A stretch of DNA of 63,063 nucleotides, filler included, from Phoronis australis (Eukaryota; Animalia; Phoronida), in the NCBI GenBank assembly GCA_002633005.1. It is 8 parts of 8 records of this genome, joined end to end, with 100 filler letters (N's around TTAATTAATTAA, not from the genome) between each part and the next. Parts side by side here need not be neighbours in the genome. Positions count along the whole stretch, not along the records: positions 36,736 to 63,063 come from NMRA01000830.1; 7 more parts are not named here. One strand, given 5' to 3'. Shown in pieces: positions 50,536-62,688 of this stretch. Under the pieces are notes generated by a model. That model was not told the origin of the DNA, did no database searches, and worked only from the letters and a program-made list of their open reading frames with translations. How positions within the stretch are numbered: position 1 is the stretch's first letter; each line of letters opens with the position of its first letter. Position numbers and translations under genes: made by a program.

Positions 50536-50590
50536 CAGCAACAGAAAGGGGTAAAATGACGAGAATTATAAAACCAAGTCTGTCGTCCAT
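50536..50590 (-). CDS. Probable first coding exon (signal peptide or signal anchor)
   Basis: AGC ATG G context; MDDRLGFIILVILPLSVA followed by consensus phase-1 donor G|GTAAGT; an in-frame upstream ATG exists at 50635. Confidence 0.55.
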
Positions 50591-52817
50591 GCTGTTTTCC
50601 CTTCGTTTTCGAGGTTTTACAGTGGCAGGCAGCATTTTATTTCCTTGTGGCCGAAGGTTGTAAACGATACAAAATCACAGAGTTGAACTTTTCAACTAAA
50701 AAAAGTTGTGCGAACCATTTAGTTTATATTTTTGATGTTTCTATGATCAAAGAAAATAGCCAAATGACTTTAAAAACTTGAAATGTTATAAATGTTAGAT
50801 TTCGCTTACCATTTATGAAATGGACTCGTCTATTATTATTTCGGGTCACCAAGCAGCAGGGTCGCGTTTTGTGAACTCAAAGTAGTCGTCATGAAAGCTA
50901 GCGATGAGTACGTTTACGTACTTCGCGGTTTCTGCATGGCGACATCTCGCGAAGACTTGGATTCTACAAGTTTCTTGCGTCCACAAAACGCGACCAACAA
51001 TAATGTCATCAGGAACGCAGCGGCGCTGTCGGTAGCGACGTCAACCAATGCCCCCGACTAAGATTGCAAATGCTCAATCTGAAGGTGTCTAAACTACCTC
51101 GGAAGCTCGTTTGTTTGCCTAAGAACCGCAAGCTTTTCATTCCCTATTGTCGGTAATAAAAAGCAGTCTGCACTGGCTATTTTTGTTTACTGAACCGCAT
51201 AGAATAACTCGAGTTTGCCATAACAGAAAAAAAAACACCCCGTTTTGTTTAAACTCGGAGACGACAGTACTTAGCGAGTAGTCCACAAGCGCATGACGAT
51301 TCGTACCATACCAAAGACGGTCTCTGTTGGTAATGACGTGGACCTAGAGTCTAGTTATTAATCGGTACCAGATAATCAAAACCTAACACAGCATTTCATC
51401 GGTTGGCCTAGTTTAACTTTTTACGACAATAAATTCAATTTCAGAAGTCAACTAGTTCCAAAAATCAGCAATTTATTTACCCACTGTTTTCCTGCAGCGA
51501 AGCCACCGATAATGGCTTACTCCTCAAAGAACCTCATCAGATTCACTGATACTTGTCGATTGCTCGCGTGGTCTCAAAATTTTCAGGCCTTTATAATTAA
51601 CAATGTTTAATTACAATTAACACGAGGCTAATCGCTGACAGAGACATCCAACCCATACTCCAAAGCCACAAATGAATGGATGGAACTACTTTTGACCAAC
51701 TGTATTGGTTTAATAAACAGTTTGAGGGATAAAACCACACGGATAGTTTACAACCAAGCTTCCTGTGGTAATTTGTGAACACGGGGTTAATATAGTTGAA
51801 CCAATGAGTCCATTAAAAACACGAAGTACTAGATTTAAACATGTACTCAAAATCGCATTATTATTTAAAACGTTGAACAAAGCATTGCACAAAGCCAATG
51901 GAAAGTTTTCAAAAACTACAGATCAAATCAGGACTCAAGAAAGTCAAAGAAATGACAGGAAAATCTAATAACGCTTGTAGTTCTAACAACAGAGCTTATA
52001 TAAAATAAGCAATCTTTGTCCCTTCATAATTTGTTTAATCAAGAAGTGGTAATACTAATGAAACACAATTTGAACCAAAGTTTCAGATACCGGATATATT
52101 GTAAAACTTTAGTACTCTCCAGAGTTAATTGAAAACAAAAATAATAATAAGATTGATCCAGAAGAACGGTTGTATTTCATTTATCTAGAAGTATAGTGGT
52201 GTAGAACTGAACATGATACATTGATATAGAATAGGAACGATGTACACACACTGTTGGATGCACATATATTTCAGCACAGTCATTGGATGTTCAGTATATG
52301 CGTGCACTCCTACATTGGGCGAACTGGGCAAAAACGTCCGCCTCAAAGAAAGAACAGGTCCGAGAAAACGAGACAAAAGTCCACGAGAAATCGGCGCGAA
52401 CGGNGCATTGCACAAAGCCAATGGAAAGTTTTCAAAAACTACAGATCAAATCAGGACTCAAGAAAGTCAAAGAAATGACAGAAAAATCAAAGAACGCTTG
52501 TAGTTCTAACAACTGAGGTTATATAAACTAAACAATCTTTGTCCCTTCATAATTTGTTGAATCAAGAAGTGGTAATAAAACACAATTTGAACCAAAGTTT
52601 CAGAAACCGGATACATTGTAAAACTTTAGCACTCTCCAGAGTTAATTGAAAACAACAATAATAATAATAAGATGGATCCAGAAGAACTTTTTGTATTTCA
52701 TTTATCTAGAAGTACAGTGATGTAGAACTAAACATGGTACATTGATATAGAATAGGAACGATGTACACACACTGTTGGATGCACATATATTTCAGAACAG
52801 TCATTGGATGTTCAGTA

Positions 52818-53045
52818 TATGCGTGCACTCCTGCATTGGGCGAACTGAGCAAAATGGTCCGCCTCAAAGAAAGAAAAGGTCCGAGAAAACGAGACAAGAG
52901 TCCACGAGAAATCGGCGCGAACGGACATTTCATAGGTCTGAACCTAGTACCCCGTTTTTTAGTCCTCTCTTTGTTTTTTTCAGTATAAGGTCCGCACACG
53001 GAAAAATTCGAGCCCCTCCTCAATTTTAAGCTGGGTGCGCGCATG
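52818..53045. mobile_element. Small MITE with demonstrable empty site
   Basis: TATGCGTGCACTC...GGGTGCGCGCATG flanked by (T/G)CAGTA on both sides; the paralogous region at ~38375 lacks it. Confidence 0.7.
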
Positions 53046-53609
53046 GCAGTAGATTCAATTTTCGACTGAAAATGTCATTAGTCTTTGGCCAAATGAATAT
53101 TCGAATTATTTTTTAATTTTCACCTGCTTTCTTAAATAAGCACATTCATTCAAGGGATGTTGTTGTGTATATGCTTGAACGTTATACAACAAAATCTCCA
53201 TCATAGTTCAGCTCATATAAAAATGATGAGGTGCATGCACTAAGCTGTCAACTTTTGCTCAACTTTGATTAAAGTCTGACTTTGGCCAGAAAGGAAGTAC
53301 AGGCAATACGGTGGGAAATAAGTTTTCATAACTTGTTTTTCTCGTGGCCATTTTGACGGCCACGTACGTCACTGCTTTTACAGTGCCAGGCTTCAGGTTT
53401 ACTAGAGCGTACCAAAGCATTTATTGTTAGTTCAGTGTTAGGAATTGTAGATATATGTAAATATTTAGTAAATTGTACTTAGAATAGTTTCTTATTTATT
53501 ATTTTGTAAATTAGTTAAATTGTAGGACCTTTCTAGGAATTCTAGAGTAGGCTAAGTGACCACGTGGTTTTCCTTAGTAAGTCCTAAGGCGAAGCCCCGG
53601 GTCCTTACT

Positions 53610-55280
53610 ATGTCGTTTGTAGATAGTGTTCCAATGAACTTCTGTCTTTCCCAAGAGTTATTTAAGCTCTCGGGCATGACCGAAGCTATTGCCCAAACTA
53701 TTCTGGCTTTTCGGCAGACTGAGCTGATAACCCCGGAAATATTAACCACATCCATTCCAGATGGAGGTTAACGAAGAGTGCTATCTGGCATTGAGTTCAC
53801 CCAATATGATGAAGTTCAGTCCCGGGATACCTCTCCTCTGGGTAGTCCTGTACGTACCCATTTGCCCCAAGACTTGAATGGCATTGCTCAGGCCTGTGAC
53901 GGGTTGAATAAATCCCCTGTTACAGTGAGAAGAAAATACTCCACTAGGCAGGATACTTTTTCGTCTGTGCCTGCCACGAGTTCTGGTAGCCGAACGGCTG
54001 GTCCGTCTACCTCACCCGTCCTTATAGCTTAAGGCCAAATGCCCCATCAAAGTTTTTCTATGGGATAAGGGCAAGTAGGACGACATCTTTTGGAAGTTCC
54101 AGCGCTTAGCCAAGGACAATTTATGGTCCGAAGACAAGTGCGTCTCTGAATTAGGAATGTGTTTAGACGATGTTGCCTTACATTTCTTTCTTGATTTCAT
54201 GAGAAGGAACCCAGACTCTGGTTTTGATGACGTGGTTGCACACATGTCAGAACATTTTTCATCGACTGACTGCACCCAGGTCTTGCGTCTTGAATTCCAA
54301 TACGCCGAGGAGAAATCGGGGGAATCTATTGAGAATTGGGCGTGTAGGTTAAATAGGTTATTTTTAAAACCCTTCCCTAATCCTTCGGAGCAAGAAAAAG
54401 TAGATCTTGTTTTCCGGTTCTCCCTTGGGTTACGAGATAAGGTAGTAGGTACGCAGGTGTTGAATTCATCTCCTTCGTCCCTTGCTGAGGCAGAGTCCAA
54501 GGCTGCATGGTTCGGTACGACCCAGCGATTGATGGCCAATCAAAACCGTCGGTCTAGTGTTTGGTTCGAGGGCTCACCATCGCGTCCGGACGATGCTTCG
54601 GTCAACCTGGTTTTACTTAAAGTTTTCTCCACTAGCATCCTCCGCTTCGAGCTCTGCGGTTGAGTCTAGGCTACATGCTTTGGATTTGGAGTCTCAGATG
54701 GCTATAAGGTCAACTCGGAAATAGGAGGTCTTAAAGAAGACAATGTTCTTATACATCGGGAACTTAAAGGTATGTCCCAGACCTGAGTTCAAATTTTAGG
54801 GGCATTTCCTCAGATTTGTCGAGGGTATTAAAATTGCTGGATTCTAATCCAAAACCATCGAGATCCCCTCCACTATCTATGTCCCTCCAAGCTTCCCTAC
54901 AGAGACCTTCAGTTACATGTTTTAAGTGTGGTAAGTTTGGTCACTACCAGTCTGCACGCCGTAGCCCGCAGTCGGCTAGAATTCGTCGTACATCCTTTGG
55001 GGATGAGTCCGATGATTTAAACGAGTTGGGGCGTGACGATCAGGTCTAACTCCAGTCCAATCTCGTGATGCCAATAGTAGGGTATCCTCTGACCGCCCAA
55101 CTAAAAAATTCAGTAATACGGATGGTCTTTTAGGTTCATTAAATAAAAACATCAAACGCCTATCGACTGATCTGTTAGACTGTTTTGAAATAGGGAGTTT
55201 GTCCATTTCTTCTCGGGGTATTTCTGTGCATGATGATGGTCGGGGGAGAGGTCGACCTGTCTTGGCTAGACGGGGAAAGA
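53610..55280 (+). mobile_element. Decayed Gypsy-type gag (HhH-like N-terminus, capsid, zinc knuckle) and start of pol frame
   Basis: VPMNFCLSQELFKLSGMTEAIAQTILAFR (HhH-like); FQRLAKDNLWSE...LRLEFQYAEEKSGESIENWACRL...FSLGLRD (retrotransposon gag); CFKCGKFGHYQSAR (degenerate CCHC); stops and frameshifts. Confidence 0.8.
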
Positions 55281-55402
55281 TATTTCACGGGGGAAGTTAT
55301 TTTATGCTTTAGACATAAAATAAGTGACCCTCAATACCGCGCATGCGCAACAGGGTACTTGGGGCAAGAAATTTCTCGGGGAAGAAATTTTACGTGACAC
55401 CG

Positions 55403-56230
55403 GTATACAGTCTCTAGGCATTTCCCGGCTACCTGTGAAATGGTCCCCAGACGGTGGTCTCAGTCTCATGTCCGGCAGCATGTGGGTTCTGCCCTGCCGA
55501 GGCCGGAGCGCTGCAGGTCTGTCCCCTGTGCTAAGAAATGTGTCGATTATTGGCCATTTGTGTCGCTTCCTCAAAGGTGCTCTGAAAATGTCAGTAACAA
55601 AGTGAAGCTAATTAAAGTATCGGGTACGAGCGGCGGGCCGGTATACAACTAGTCTGTAGTCGTGTCCCGGCTACTTGTGAAAAATCCCCAGACGGCGGTC
55701 CACGCGGTCAAATCCGACGACCTTGGTTTGCGCTGGCCGAGGCCGGAGCGCTGGCAGTCCCCCTGCAGGTCCTTTCCTGCGTATGTGCAAAAGTCCCAAG
55801 AAATGTGTCGATTAGTGACCATTTATTTCGGTTTCAGAAACGTTGCTTTGAAAGATTTTCGAAGTCCCTGATCTTGAAGACATGTGTCGATTATTGGCCA
55901 TTTGTGTCGCTTTCTCAAAGTTGCCTTGAAAATATTACAAAGATAAGGAAACGTAGCGGGGTCGATCAGCGGGCCGGGATACAGTCCCTAGTCGTGTCCC
56001 GGCTATCTGTGAAAAGTCCACGCGATCAAAAAGTCGGGTCTGCGCTGGCCAAGGCCGGAGCGCGCTGCAGTCCAAGTGCAGGTCTGTCCCTGCGAGTGTG
56101 AACGAAATTTTTTAAGTCTCGAGAAATGTGTCTATTATTGGCCATTTGCGTTGGTTTCAGAAACGTTGCGTTGAAAATTTTTCCAAGTCCTAAGAAATGT
56201 GTAGATTATTGGCCATTTGTGTCGGTTTCT
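55403..56230. repeat. Degenerate GC-rich tandem repeat (~240-340-bp units with subrepeats)
   Basis: Three units starting (G)TATACAG..GTCCCGGCTAC..GTGAAA at ~55403, 55641 and 55978; recurring AAATGTGTCGATTATTGGCCATTTG. Confidence 0.75.
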
Positions 56231-56265
56231 GTAAGGTAGAGTTTGGGCGGCGAAATAGATTTTAC

Positions 56266-56771
56266 TGTCACGGAACATGCGCCAGGTTTTCAGTTGGTGA
56301 TCTGGCAACTTGGCTGTTCGTGGGGCTTATCGTCGCTGTCCCTGCCTTGGCAGTTGTGTCCCTGCATGTGTACGTGTCCGATTACCGTGGTACACATATG
56401 ACTATCGGCGCCACGGAGCGCGGAATCCGTATCGAAGCCGGAGCGCGGCCTCCTTACTAGACAGTGGAAGACAGGTGAGGCAGGTACGTTCCCAGGTGGC
56501 GGAGCCGGCCCGGGGGACTCAGTGATTTGAGGATTGCTCAGTGACGGGTTGTTCCGCCCGGCAACGGAAAGCGAGCGTCGTTGAAGCCGCGGTTTCAGCG
56601 GGTTTCCGTCGCGAAACGAAATGTGTCGATTTCACCGTCAATAATCAATCAATCAATCAATTAGTCTATTTCCCTGTGGTATTTGATGGAGTTCGCTATA
56701 TTTTTGTTTGTGTGGTCTTTAAGTGTTGGTTTTTATTTTCAGCGTCAAAAGCTCGCTGACTTGCTGTGACA
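56266..56771. mobile_element. Possible solo LTR
   Basis: TGTCAC...GTGACA inverted termini, ~500 bp, CpG-rich; no TSD, PBS or PPT seen. Confidence 0.35.
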
Positions 56772-56783
56772 CTAATCAGCTAG

Positions 56784-56930
56784 AGTGGTGGCTCCAGAGA
56801 ACAACAGATTTCTCTTGCTCAACATATGGCGCACAGTATAAATAGGCCTACGGCGGACACATATTGCGACAAGGGATCGCAAAAAAGCCAGATGGAGCTG
56901 GTGCAAGAAAAACTTGTGGCAACTTACCAG
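56784..56930 (+). pseudogene. Tyrosine recombinase C-terminal remnant (Crypton-like), copy A
   Basis: SREQQISLAQHMAHSINRPTADTYCDK...LVATYQ|GTAAG fits box II LA..M.HS..TA..YY. Confidence 0.55.
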
Positions 56931-57317
56931 GTAAGGCTTGATCAAGTTTAAAACAGTAATTGTAATCTCTGTTTACCACTGACAGGCTAGTGGGAGTGTT
57001 TGTGTTTGATCTGTAGCTGAAAAATCCTTTCAAATTTTATTTGCAAAATGTTTACATTTTATTTGCTTTTAGTTTATAAAACCAAATCAACATAACAGTA
57101 TTCATTCAAGTGAAATCTTTTCGTCAAAAATGGATTACGGTTTTTTAAAGGTTGCCAACTCATAAGAAGAAAAGCCTGAACAATGTTCCGTAGTAGAAAG
57201 GAACTAGATCACACTATGCATTGTTGTGTATAAATATCAAATACAGTTCCAAGATGGACCGATCTTTGAATTTTCAGGATAGCAGTAAGAAAGGAAGGGA
57301 AGATTCATAAAAAAACA

Positions 57318-57430
57318 TCAGAAGAACAAAAAACATATGGCCCATAGTATTAAGACCGCTGACACATACTATGACAAGAAATCACGAAAACGACAGGGGG
57401 AGCTGGTGCAAGAAAAACTTGTGACAGTAA
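57318..57430 (+). pseudogene. Tyrosine recombinase C-terminal remnant, copy B
   Basis: HMAHSIKTADTYYDKKSRKRQGELVQEKLV; diverged paralog of copy A. Confidence 0.55.
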
Positions 57431-57711
57431 CTGCAATCTTTATTTTCCACAGACAGGCTACTGGTTGTGTTTGTGATTTTGATTTTTTTGAAAAATTGCA
57501 CATTCAATTGTACCCACTATAATTCCAAATCGAATAGTTGTGCATCCTTTGAGACTGCTCTGCCTTTTGTCATCCACCAGCGTATCAATATGTATAGTAG
57601 GTGTTTTATCGCCCATCTGAATTACTTATCATTATTGGTTTTCGGTTTAATGTAAGCTTTATTAAATCTCTCGCATGCGTATTTTCTATGATTATTTCGC
57701 ACTCTTAGCAC

Positions 57712-58592
57712 TGTCCAGGACACACGGTGCCAACTGACTACCTGTCCAGGACATCCGCACCCAACTAACTCCCTGTCCAGGACATCCACTGCCAACTGAC
57801 TACCTGTCCAGGACACACGCTGCCAACCGACTACCAGTCCAGGACACCCGCTGCCAACTGACTACCTGTCCAGGACACCCGCTGCCAACTTATAATCTGT
57901 TCAGGACACACGGTGCCAACTGACTACCTGTCCAGGACACCCGCTGCCAACCGACTACCTCAGTGTCCAGGACACACGCTCCCAACCGACTACCTATCTA
58001 GGGCAGTCGCTGCCAACTACATGTAACTACATGACCAGGACACACACTGGCAACTGACTGCGTTTACATGTTACACGCTACCCACTTACTACCTGTCCAA
58101 GACACACGCTGCCAATTGACTACATCACAAGGAAACACACGCCAACTAACTAGATGACAAGGACACACGCTGCCAACTGACTACATGTCCAGGGTACTCG
58201 CTGCCAACTGGCTACTTAACTAGGACATACGTGGCAACTGACTACATGACCAGAAAACATGCTGTTGACTGACTACCTGTGTCCAGGAAACACGCTGCCA
58301 ACTGACTTCCTGAGCAGGACACAGAGTGCCAAATAACTACCTGTTCAGAACACACGCTGCTATTCGACTACCTGTCCAGTGCAGACGCTGTCAACTAAAT
58401 ACGTGACCAGGACACGCGCTGCCCACTGACTTCCCGTCCAGTACACACGGTGCCAGGCAAATGACTACCTATCCAGGATACAAGGTGCCAACTGTCTACC
58501 GGTCCAGCACACACGATAACAACTGACTACCTGTCCAGGATACACCGTGTCAATTGCCTACCTGGCCAGGACACACGTTGCAAACTGACTAC
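57712..58592. repeat. 31-bp minisatellite, ~28 diverged copies
   Basis: Consensus TGTCCAGGACACACGCTGCCAACTGACTACC. Confidence 0.95.
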
Positions 58593-58762
58593 GTTGTAGT
58601 ATTATAGCTCTCTAGAGTTAGAGATGAATATATTGAGTTCCGGTTCCATCTGCTTTGTTGTTCCTACATGCTGGCAGCGGCGGTTTGTGTCTTTTTTGTG
58701 ATTCTGGCGAAACAACTGGGCATAATAAATTGATACGTTCCAGAGGTTTGTGTCAGGGACCT

Positions 58763-58926
58763 TGTTGAAAATCATTTATTAGCCTAAGTTCCTTCTACGT
58801 TACATCGACCGCATTAGTACGATTAGTTGTTTCGTTGTAGTTAGTTTTTTTGCACAATAGATTGTGTCATTCTCACCACGTGTTGCGGTTTTCATTTTTT
58901 GCAACCAAAAGTGATATATTTCAACA
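58763..58926 (+). mobile_element. 5' LTR (164 bp) of the Copia element
   Basis: TGTTGAAA...TTTCAACA termini immediately followed by a copia-type PBS; partially repeated at 59217-59369. Confidence 0.8.
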
Positions 58927-58940
58927 GGTTATGGGCCCAG
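58927..58940 (+). promoter_or_regulatory. Copia primer-binding site (internal fragment of initiator tRNA-Met)
   Basis: GGTTATGGGCCCAG directly after the LTR, the PBS type of Drosophila copia; repeated at 59370-59383. Confidence 0.85.
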
Positions 58941-60247
58941 GACGCTATTGTGACTTTGTAGAGGAATTGAATGAAATCTGGACGATTTTTGTGTGCCACT
59001 AATAGGTTGATTTGTGACGTTTTGTCGTTGTTTTTGGACTTGAAAAACGGACGTGTGCTGCAGGTATGGGATGGCACTCCACAAGAGAATGGGATGCAAC
59101 ATCATACCTTACATACTCTTACTATGTTTCAGAACCAGCCAAGAGGACCCAGTAGAGGGTAACTGGGAAGGGGTGGCTGGGGGAACTGCTCGGGGATTTG
59201 AATAGGGATGGCTCGNTTTATTAGTTTAAGTTCCTTCTACGTTACATCGACCGCATTAGTACGATTAGTTGTTTCGTTGTAGTTAGTTTTTTTTGCACAA
59301 TAGATTGTGTCATTCTCACCACGTGTTGCGGTTTTCATTTTTTGCAACCAAAAGTGATATATTTCAACAGGTTATGGGCCCAGTACGCTATTGTGACTTT
59401 GTAGAGGAATTGAATGAAATCTGGACGATCTTTGTGTGCCACTAATAGGTTGATTTGTGACGTTGTGTCGTTGTTTTTGGACTTGAAAAACGGACGTGTG
59501 CTACAGGTATGGGATGGCACTCCACAAGAGAATGGGATGCAACATACCTTACATACTCTTACTATGTTTCAGAACCAGCCAAGAGGACCCAGTAGAGGGT
59601 AACTGGGAAGGGGTGGCTGGGGGAACTGCTCGGGGATTTGAATAGGGATGGCTCGGGGTATAATTGAGGAAAATTAAACATGGGAACTGCAATTTGGACT
59701 ATGTTGATATTGGGTATATTAGATAGTCTGACTCTTATATCATGGCTGAGTAAGAGTATATTTTATGGGATGATTGGCTAGATTATCTAGGGGAAATGTC
59801 ATAGGGATAGCCCGGCTGAGGTTAACTTTTAATAAGTTTTAAACAACTGGGTTGGCACAGCAGTTCCGATTAACATTACCAGGGAAAGCTCCAAAAACAG
59901 AATGGGGAGGAAATGTAGTGAGCCAGTGCATATGTTACATGAGGTTTAATTGGATAGTCAGGTTCGCGGGCTTCTCTGTTATCTTGGCTGGGATTGGAGA
60001 ATGGATGGAACCTGCTGGGAGGGATGATGTAACCTGATGTAACGATGACGTCACGACCTCGTGGTTCACTCTTGCTTCGTACTTGAGACTCTACAAGACG
60101 CACTGTATCACAACTCCAACGTATATCTTCCGTAGACTTCAGAGATCTTTACATAGCCAGTTAGGTAAGCTGTCTTATAGTTTTATGGTATATTAGATTA
60201 ACGTGGTCAGGGAAAGGCACAACACTGTTGAACGTGAAAAATCAAAG

Positions 60248-62330
60248 ATGGCGGAAAAATCAGTGATTTCGGTAATTTCACGGCTGGTTGGTAAAAACTA
60301 TGCAACGTGGAAGGTTCAGTGTCAAATGGCATTGATGAAAGATGGCCTATGGAACATTGTCGCGGGTAAGGAAGTTCCTCCTTCGGGAGATGATGCTTCA
60401 AAACTCGAGAAATACAATGTGAGAAGGGACAAAGCACTTGCTACCATAGTTCTCTCAGTGGACACTAGTTTGTTGTACATACTAGGAGACCCGGTGGATC
60501 CCTGTGACGTGTGGCAGAAATTGCAGAACCAGTTTCAAAGGAAAACTTGGGCAAATAAGCTGCATTTACGTAAGAAACTATATTCAATGAAGTTAAATGC
60601 TGGTGATGACGTCAGTGCTCATATCAAATCCATGACTGAGCTTTTTAATGAACTTGCAGTAATTGGTGATTCAGTAAACGATGAAAATCGTGTTGTGCAT
60701 CTTCTTGCAAGTCTTTCCGATATGTATGCTGTGTTGGTTAAAGCAATGGAGGCTTGCGAGGAGGTGCCTAGGATGGAATTAGTGACTGAGCGTTTATTAC
60801 ACGAGGAGCGGAATCTTAGCGAACAGTCAGCCGGGGAAGCACTTGTCGCTCTGGAAAAGACTAGGTCAAACAAGGGTCCTCAGTGTTATGGATGTAAATT
60901 GTATGGTCACATAAAACGTAATTGTCCAAACAAAGGTGGCAGTGATACAAAATACAAAGCTGATACAGCCAACATAGCGACTAAGGACAGTGACAGTGAT
61001 GTGTCTGTTGGCTTGCTGATAAATGCAAAGCTTACTAATGCTAGGTCTACTCGTGAATGGATCATAGACTCGGGAGCATCAACACACATGTGCAACGACA
61101 GAGCAAAATATTCCGAGTTTACGGAGCTTCAGGATAGTAGAAACGTAACGGTTGGGGATGGACGTGTTTTAAAAGGAACCTGCCAAGGAGCAGTTGAACT
61201 CGAACTTGATTCCCTCAACGGGAATAACACAAAATGTGTGTTAGAAAATGTTCTGTTTGTACCAGGCCTGTCATTCAGTTTGTTAAGCGTTTCACAAGCT
61301 ATCAGCAAACTTGGCACCATAGAATTTACTGATACTGAATGTAACATTATGAATGATGTTGGTAAAGCAGTTGCAAAAGGCCGCAAAGTCAATGGCCTGT
61401 ATTACTTAAATGTAAAGCCCGTGACTGAGTGTGTGTCAGTAGCAGAAACTAACTCACAGTTTGAGTTGTGGCATCGTCGTTTTGGACATTTAGGTGGCCA
61501 AAGTTTAAACAATTGATACGCAGTAAGATGGCAATTGGACTTGACTGTAAGTCGGATTGTGAACTGGGAGTTTGTGAGCCTTGTGTTCAAGGTAAACTAC
61601 ACAGAGCCAGCTTTCCAGAAGGCAAAGCTCATCGTAGCAATGTTCGTCTGGGACTCGTGCACACTGATGTTTGTGGTAAAGTGAGCACAGCTTCCCTCAG
61701 TGGTTGTGAATACTTTCTATCATTTGTCGACGATTATTCCCGGTATACTTGGGTGTACTTCATCAAGCGTAAGGATCAGGTATTCGATACCTTTTTAGAA
61801 TGGAAGGCTATGGCTGAGAATCATACTGGTCAGAAACTCAAAACTCTCAGATCTGACAATGGAGGAGAGTACATTTGCAGTTTGAACAGTACCTCAGACG
61901 AGAGGGAATCAGACACCAAGTAACTGTTCCGAAGACACCAGAGCAAAATGGAGTTGCCGAAAGAATGAATCGCACCCTTGTCGAAACTGCACGCTCAATG
62001 CTTGCTGAATCGCTTTTGCCCCAGAAATTTTGGGCAGAGGCAGTCTCCAATGCCACCTATTTGCGAAACCGAAGTCCTACGAGGGCAGTAAAAGGTCAAA
62101 CTCCATTTGAGGCCTTGATGGGCGAGAAACCGAGCGTTGATACTCTACGTGTTTTTGGCTGCAGAGCATATGCACATGTCCCTAAGGACGAACGTTCAAA
62201 GTTTCATTCAAAATCTAGGAAGACCTGATAGTAAGGCATATCGTGTGTATGATATAACTCGTGATCGAGTCATTCTTACTCGTGATGTTGTGTTTGACGA
62301 GTACATATTCGGACTTGAGAAGGAGTATAA
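60248..62330 (+). mobile_element. Ty1/Copia gag-protease-integrase, frameshifted and 3'-truncated (no RT/RNase H in window)
   Basis: NYATWK..LW gag, CYGCKLYGHIKRNC knuckle, WIIDSGASTHM protease, LWHRRFGH, LVHTDVCG, FVDDYSR, RSDNGGEY, TPEQNGVAERMNRTL; frameshifts near 61505 and 61875, deletion near 62222. Confidence 0.95.
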
Positions 62331-62360
62331 AAGGCCAACGGTACTGTCTGTTTAGGCTTG

Positions 62361-62510
62361 TGTAATGCCAGTGAATAAAATCATCTGTCCACCATTTTAT
62401 AATTTATTTTTATATCACGACCTTGACCTAATCCAGTTAGCAACATGCAATGCCATCTATTGATTAAAATATAAATCACAGCTACAACAAGTCAGTTAAC
62501 ATCTACAACA
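62361..62510 (-). mobile_element. 3' LTR (~150 bp) of a Gypsy element
   Basis: Minus strand: PPT AGGAGAGGAGA (62521-62511), then TGTTGTAG...CATTACA, with internal AATAAA. Confidence 0.7.
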
Positions 62511-62688
62511 TCTCCTCTCCTAAAAATGTGGAACCTAAATACTGATTAATGAACGATCTAGAAATAGTAAGCTAAACACTAACACTGGGAAGGAGTAGAC
62601 TGTCCATCCCAGAACACAATGACAAGGGATTATTCTGCCCTATAAGCCAAAGTGTTACCGCTAACTGCTCTATAAAACTACTTATAGA

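Noticed and set aside
50821-51352. Possible TAG..CTA-ended element
   Set aside because: The left end is degenerate and there is no TSD.
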